Origin: Octopus bimaculoides | Taxonomy: Eukaryota | DNA length: 36,512 nucleotides | Reading direction: 5' to 3' | Assembly: GCF_001194135.2 (NCBI RefSeq) | Contig: NC_068986.1 | Location: forward strand, 69,206,522-69,243,033 | Part shown: in pieces, positions 33,143 through 36,512 of the stretch | Layout of the letters: each line of letters opens with the position of its first letter | Position numbering within the stretch: position 1 is the first letter of the stretch | Translations under genes and position numbers: made by a program | Notes under the pieces: model-generated | Database searches by the model: none | The model's input: only the letters and a program-made list of their open reading frames with translations | What the model was told of the DNA's origin: nothing

Positions 33143-33220
33143 AAAAGGATTCCTCAAGGCGGTGCTCCAGCATGGGTGCAGTTTAATGACTGAAACAAGT
33201 AAAATAAAAAAAATAAAATA
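33143..33220 (+). mobile_element. SINE family B 3' tail fragment
   Basis: CTCAAGGCGGTGCTCCAGCATGGGTGCAGTTTAATGACTGAAACAAGTAAAATAAA matches the tails at about 8870-8930 and 23070-23126. Confidence 0.88.
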
Positions 33221-33439
33221 TATCACTGCTCGATGATGACCATTCTACTGTTCGATGAAATGAATTACAAACACCTACAATTACTTATCGTAAAGTAGCT
33301 GCGTTATTGTACTGTTCATGTAATCCTTAGGCAGAATCAATGTAGTACAGTGTATGCGACAAAATAGGTCCTTTTTCTGTTTACCTAATTTCAATCACAA
33401 GCCTTGGGGAAACCCGAGATGATAAGAAAAAAAAAAAAC

Positions 33440-33525
33440 TCTTGCTCAGTATGTCATGCTGTGAGATCGAACTTGGAACTTCAATACACCGTAACGAGTT
33501 TTTCAACCACAATGTCATGCTTGCT
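33440..33525 (-). mobile_element. Degraded SINE head
   Basis: Reverse complement GCAAGCATGACATTGTGGTTGAAAAACTCG...GTTCCAAGTTCGATCTCACAGCATGACATACTGAGCAAG has a tRNA-like B-box. Confidence 0.45.
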
Positions 33526-33870
33526 ACCCACCTACACACACAGGCGCACACTGATTTGTGAGATTAGAGTAGTTGGGTAGTTTTATGCGTTTGTAAAAAA
33601 GAAAGAAAAAACAAAGGTTAAATAGATAAAAGGGTAATATTTGTAATCAATTTACTCAGGCAAACATTTCGTTGCTAAGTTTTAATTAATGCAGAAGATA
33701 TTCGGTCTTTTTCTTCTAATATTTAAAAAGAAAAGAAAGAAGTGTCTTCGTTTACTAACAAGTTGGCATTCTGACAACTTCAGACTAGTTAAGACATTCC
33801 ACACTAAATACACTAACATTAGTAATCTCTTCTTCAGAATAAAACAAAGCCATCTAGCTGTGATAGTTCG

Positions 33871-33872
<2 letters not shown>

Positions 33873-33943
<71 letters not shown>
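33873..33943. repeat. (AC)n microsatellite
   Basis: Read directly from the sequence. Confidence 0.97.
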
Positions 33944-33947
<4 letters not shown>

Positions 33948-34411
33948 CTATATATGTATAGGGAGGGAGAGAGAGGATGGGAGATGGAAGAATGAGAGAG
34001 AACTTAAGAGAAGCATCTTTGGTGGTCTGCTACTAACTCGACTGAAAGAGTCAGTGAGTGACCTTTTCTTATCCGACTCTCACTAATGTAGCGACGCTGT
34101 TCTGTGATTTATTCCATACAAAAGAAAATGTAATTGATGGCTTCTTAATTCTCTTAATGTAAGCAAAGGAACGCCTGTAGTCTGCTACTTATCACAGAAT
34201 ATCTTGCTATGGTACTTGGTTGCTGTTTATACCAACTTTCATACGTACACAATCTACATGCTTAAACATCTGCGTATAATGTGTACACACAAATTCATAG
34301 CAAAATGAATAGTCACACACAACTACACGAGACCCACACACATATATATACAGATGCATACACAAACATACACATACATACATGTATAGATTCACACGCA
34401 GAGCCAGATTT

Positions 34412-34720
34412 GAGGGATAGTATGGCCGAATGATTAGGAGATCTGGTTCGCAACCACCAAATTCCGAGTTCGATCCCACTGTATGACATGATCAGCTGTT
34501 ATTTCCTGTAGCCTAGGGTCAAACACGAGTCTTGTAAGTAAAAGTGAGTTGACGGAAACTGCACAGAAGCTCCGTCACATACTGTATCACGCTGATTCTG
34601 CTTGTGACTCACATTACAGCTACATGCAACTGCGGATTGCTCAACCAATTTCAAGCAAATTCAAGAACAGATAATTCAGTTGATCGAACCGCGGTATCTT
34701 CATCGCTGAACGACGGAGAC
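34412..34720 (+). mobile_element. tRNA-derived SINE, B-like head with a different 3' part
   Basis: GTATGGCCGAATGATTAGG...CCGAGTTCGATCCCACTG...GACGGAAACTGCACAGAAGCTCCGTC parallels family B up to its microsatellite position, then diverges. Confidence 0.6.
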
Positions 34721-34819
34721 CTACCATCATTATAAAGCCTGTTTAATGCCAACGGACACCCTAATCATAGTCCAATAATGTTCCCACTCTTTATCTACAT
34801 GATAGATAAAATAAATATT

Positions 34820-35030
34820 AGATCCAAACCCTGACACAAGGCCAGCAATTTCGGGGGAGGAGGTAAATCGATTACATCGAGCCCTGTGTTCAGCTGTTAC
34901 TTAGTATATCGATTCCGTCAGCATGAAAGGCAGAGTCGCCCTCGGTGAAATATGAACTCACAACATAAAGGCGGATGACATGCTGCTAAGCAATTTGCTC
35001 AACGTGTTAATGATTCTGCCAGCTCGTCAT
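34820..35030 (-). mobile_element. SINE family A, copy 6
   Basis: Colinear with copies 1 and 2. Confidence 0.88.
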
Positions 35031-35051
35031 CTTTTAAAGTGAAATGAATAT

Positions 35052-35215
35052 GGATTTCAAATTTTGGCACAAGACCAGCAATTTCGGAGGAGGCGGGGGT
35101 AGTCGAATACATCGACCCCATTGTTCAACTGATACTTATTCTATCAACCCCGAAAGGATGAAAGACAAAGTCGACCTCGGCGATATTTCAACTCAGAACG
35201 TAAAGCTAGATGACA
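35052..35215 (-). mobile_element. SINE family A, copy 7 (head truncated), tandem to copy 6
   Basis: TTTCAAATTTTGGCACAAGACCAGC...CCCCGAAAGGATGAAAGACAAAGTCGACCTCGGCG...ACTCAGAACGTAAAG. Confidence 0.9.
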
Positions 35216-35585
35216 TGCATACACAGTATTTTTACATATGTATAGAAAAAACCCCCGAAAAACCAAAACGATGTGTGAATGCCGACGCGTGTCTGTATGT
35301 CAACATATAGCGCTTGCATACATATATATATATACACAGATATGCTTATACACACAGAATTCATGTATGTGTGTGTGTGTGTGTGTGTGTGCATGTGTTT
35401 CTATGTGTAAGAGTGTCTACAAGTATATATACGTCACTATTGAAATTGACATATATACACATGTTCAAAATAAGCATAGAAACGTAGCTCGACACATACA
35501 ATACATATACTCAAAATATCTTTCTTTCAAAATCAGATACTCATGATGAATATTCTATGGTTTTTACACCCACCCCAACAGATAC

Positions 35586-35677
<92 letters not shown>
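35586..35677. repeat. (CA)n microsatellite
   Basis: Read directly from the sequence. Confidence 0.97.
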
Positions 35678-35679
<2 letters not shown>

Positions 35680-35723
35680 GGGGATTAGTACGGTACAGAA
35701 AATATTTAGTATTTTCAAACTTC

Positions 35724-36002
35724 GGTCGAAAACTACTTATGAGTGTTCAGTTTTTGCTGAACGAGCTGCACAAATGATTAGCTTATAGTGCTCAAATGTA
35801 TATGCTGTACATTAGCTCATTCCCTCTGTCAAATCGACGTTGCCTGAACAAGTGTACGGTGTACCAAACGACAGGAGTTGAAGTGATCGCAGAGTAACGC
35901 GAAATGAAGTGTTTTGCACAAGGATACAAAGCACCACCTGATCCCGAAATTGAAACCACCATCTCGCAATCTTGTGTGCAATTCTATATGCACTAGGTCA
36001 TG
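35724..36002 (-). mobile_element. SINE family C, second copy
   Basis: Reverse complement has GCAAAACACTTCATTTCGCG, CTCTGCGATCACTT, CAACGTCGATTTGA, GAGCTAATGTAC and CATTTGAGCACTATAA, in the same order as 17253-17535. Confidence 0.88.
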
Positions 36003-36129
36003 TATGTATGCATGTATGTATGTATGTATGTATTATTATTATTATCATTATAGCCGATTTTCAGATTTTTTATTCTTTAAAAAAAATGCATATTTTACGA
36101 ATGAAAAAAACTGGATCCGATGAATTTTC

Positions 36130-36420
36130 ACCAAACACCAATTTTGTCTCATGCTTCTTAGATTGTCCCAATATTCTTCAACCGTCTCATTATTTTATTA
36201 TCCATTTTCTCGTGGTTTTCCTCTCCCTGTACTGCCATTTGTCGTCTTACTTGGTGTAATATCAAACAAGGTTTCCATCTCGCCGATAAATGTATCCCAA
36301 CCATATCAATCGCAACATTGTTAAGTTATCAATGGATGCTACATCTCTTATCATCCTTTTGGTTATATGACCTTGTCACCTGATTTCTAATATTCTCTGT
36401 AAGGCTGTGTTCAAAAGTTA
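36130..36420 (-). mobile_element. Degraded RTE-like LINE RT C-terminal fragment
   Basis: Minus-strand RLIWLGYIYRRDG (about 36275-36312) followed by GSTGRGKPR (about 36209-36235), matching the RL.W.GH..R and G.R.RGRPR motifs of RTE-type LINEs. Frameshifted. Confidence 0.6.
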
Positions 36421-36488
36421 ATTTAGCATTTAACTTCGTGCTGTTCTACCAAGATCAATATCCATAAAATATTGACCTTGCTCAGAAT

Positions 36489-36512
36489 AATATATATATA
36501 TATATATATATA
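36489..36512. repeat. (AT)n microsatellite
   Basis: Read directly from the sequence. Confidence 0.95.

Noticed and set aside
5362-35215. tRNA genes or CRISPR-like arrays
   Set aside because: The tRNA-like boxes belong to SINE heads with no complete cloverleaf, and no regularly spaced repeat-spacer array is present.

Overview
AT-rich, microsatellite-dense metazoan non-coding DNA with seven N-gaps. The SINE families and repeat landscape suggest an octopus/coleoid cephalopod genome (inferred from recalled repeat families, not a search). No intact host gene was recognised; the window is mostly layered mobile DNA. (1) At 0.85-2.15 kb, two type-I hammerhead ribozyme folds in divergent orientation (minus 1034-1092, plus 2094-2148) bracket two long fold-back inverted repeats, probably Penelope-LTR or retrozyme-like. 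(2) A 3' fragment of a restriction-like-endonuclease non-LTR retrotransposon (3041-3460, minus). (3) A Chapaev3-type DNA transposon with both ends (5592-7615; CACTG termini, TTA TSD, broken transposase) sits in a target site already duplicated by two SINE insertions. (4) Two Penelope GIY-YIG remnants, one split by a 588-bp hAT derivative with a perfect 8-bp TSD. (5) A head-to-tail cluster of Tx1/L1-like LINEs (27.9-33.1 kb) with a scrambled ORF2, interleaved with a SINE that carries the LINE 3' tail. (6) Many tRNA-derived SINEs of three families, and an RTE-like fragment near the right end.
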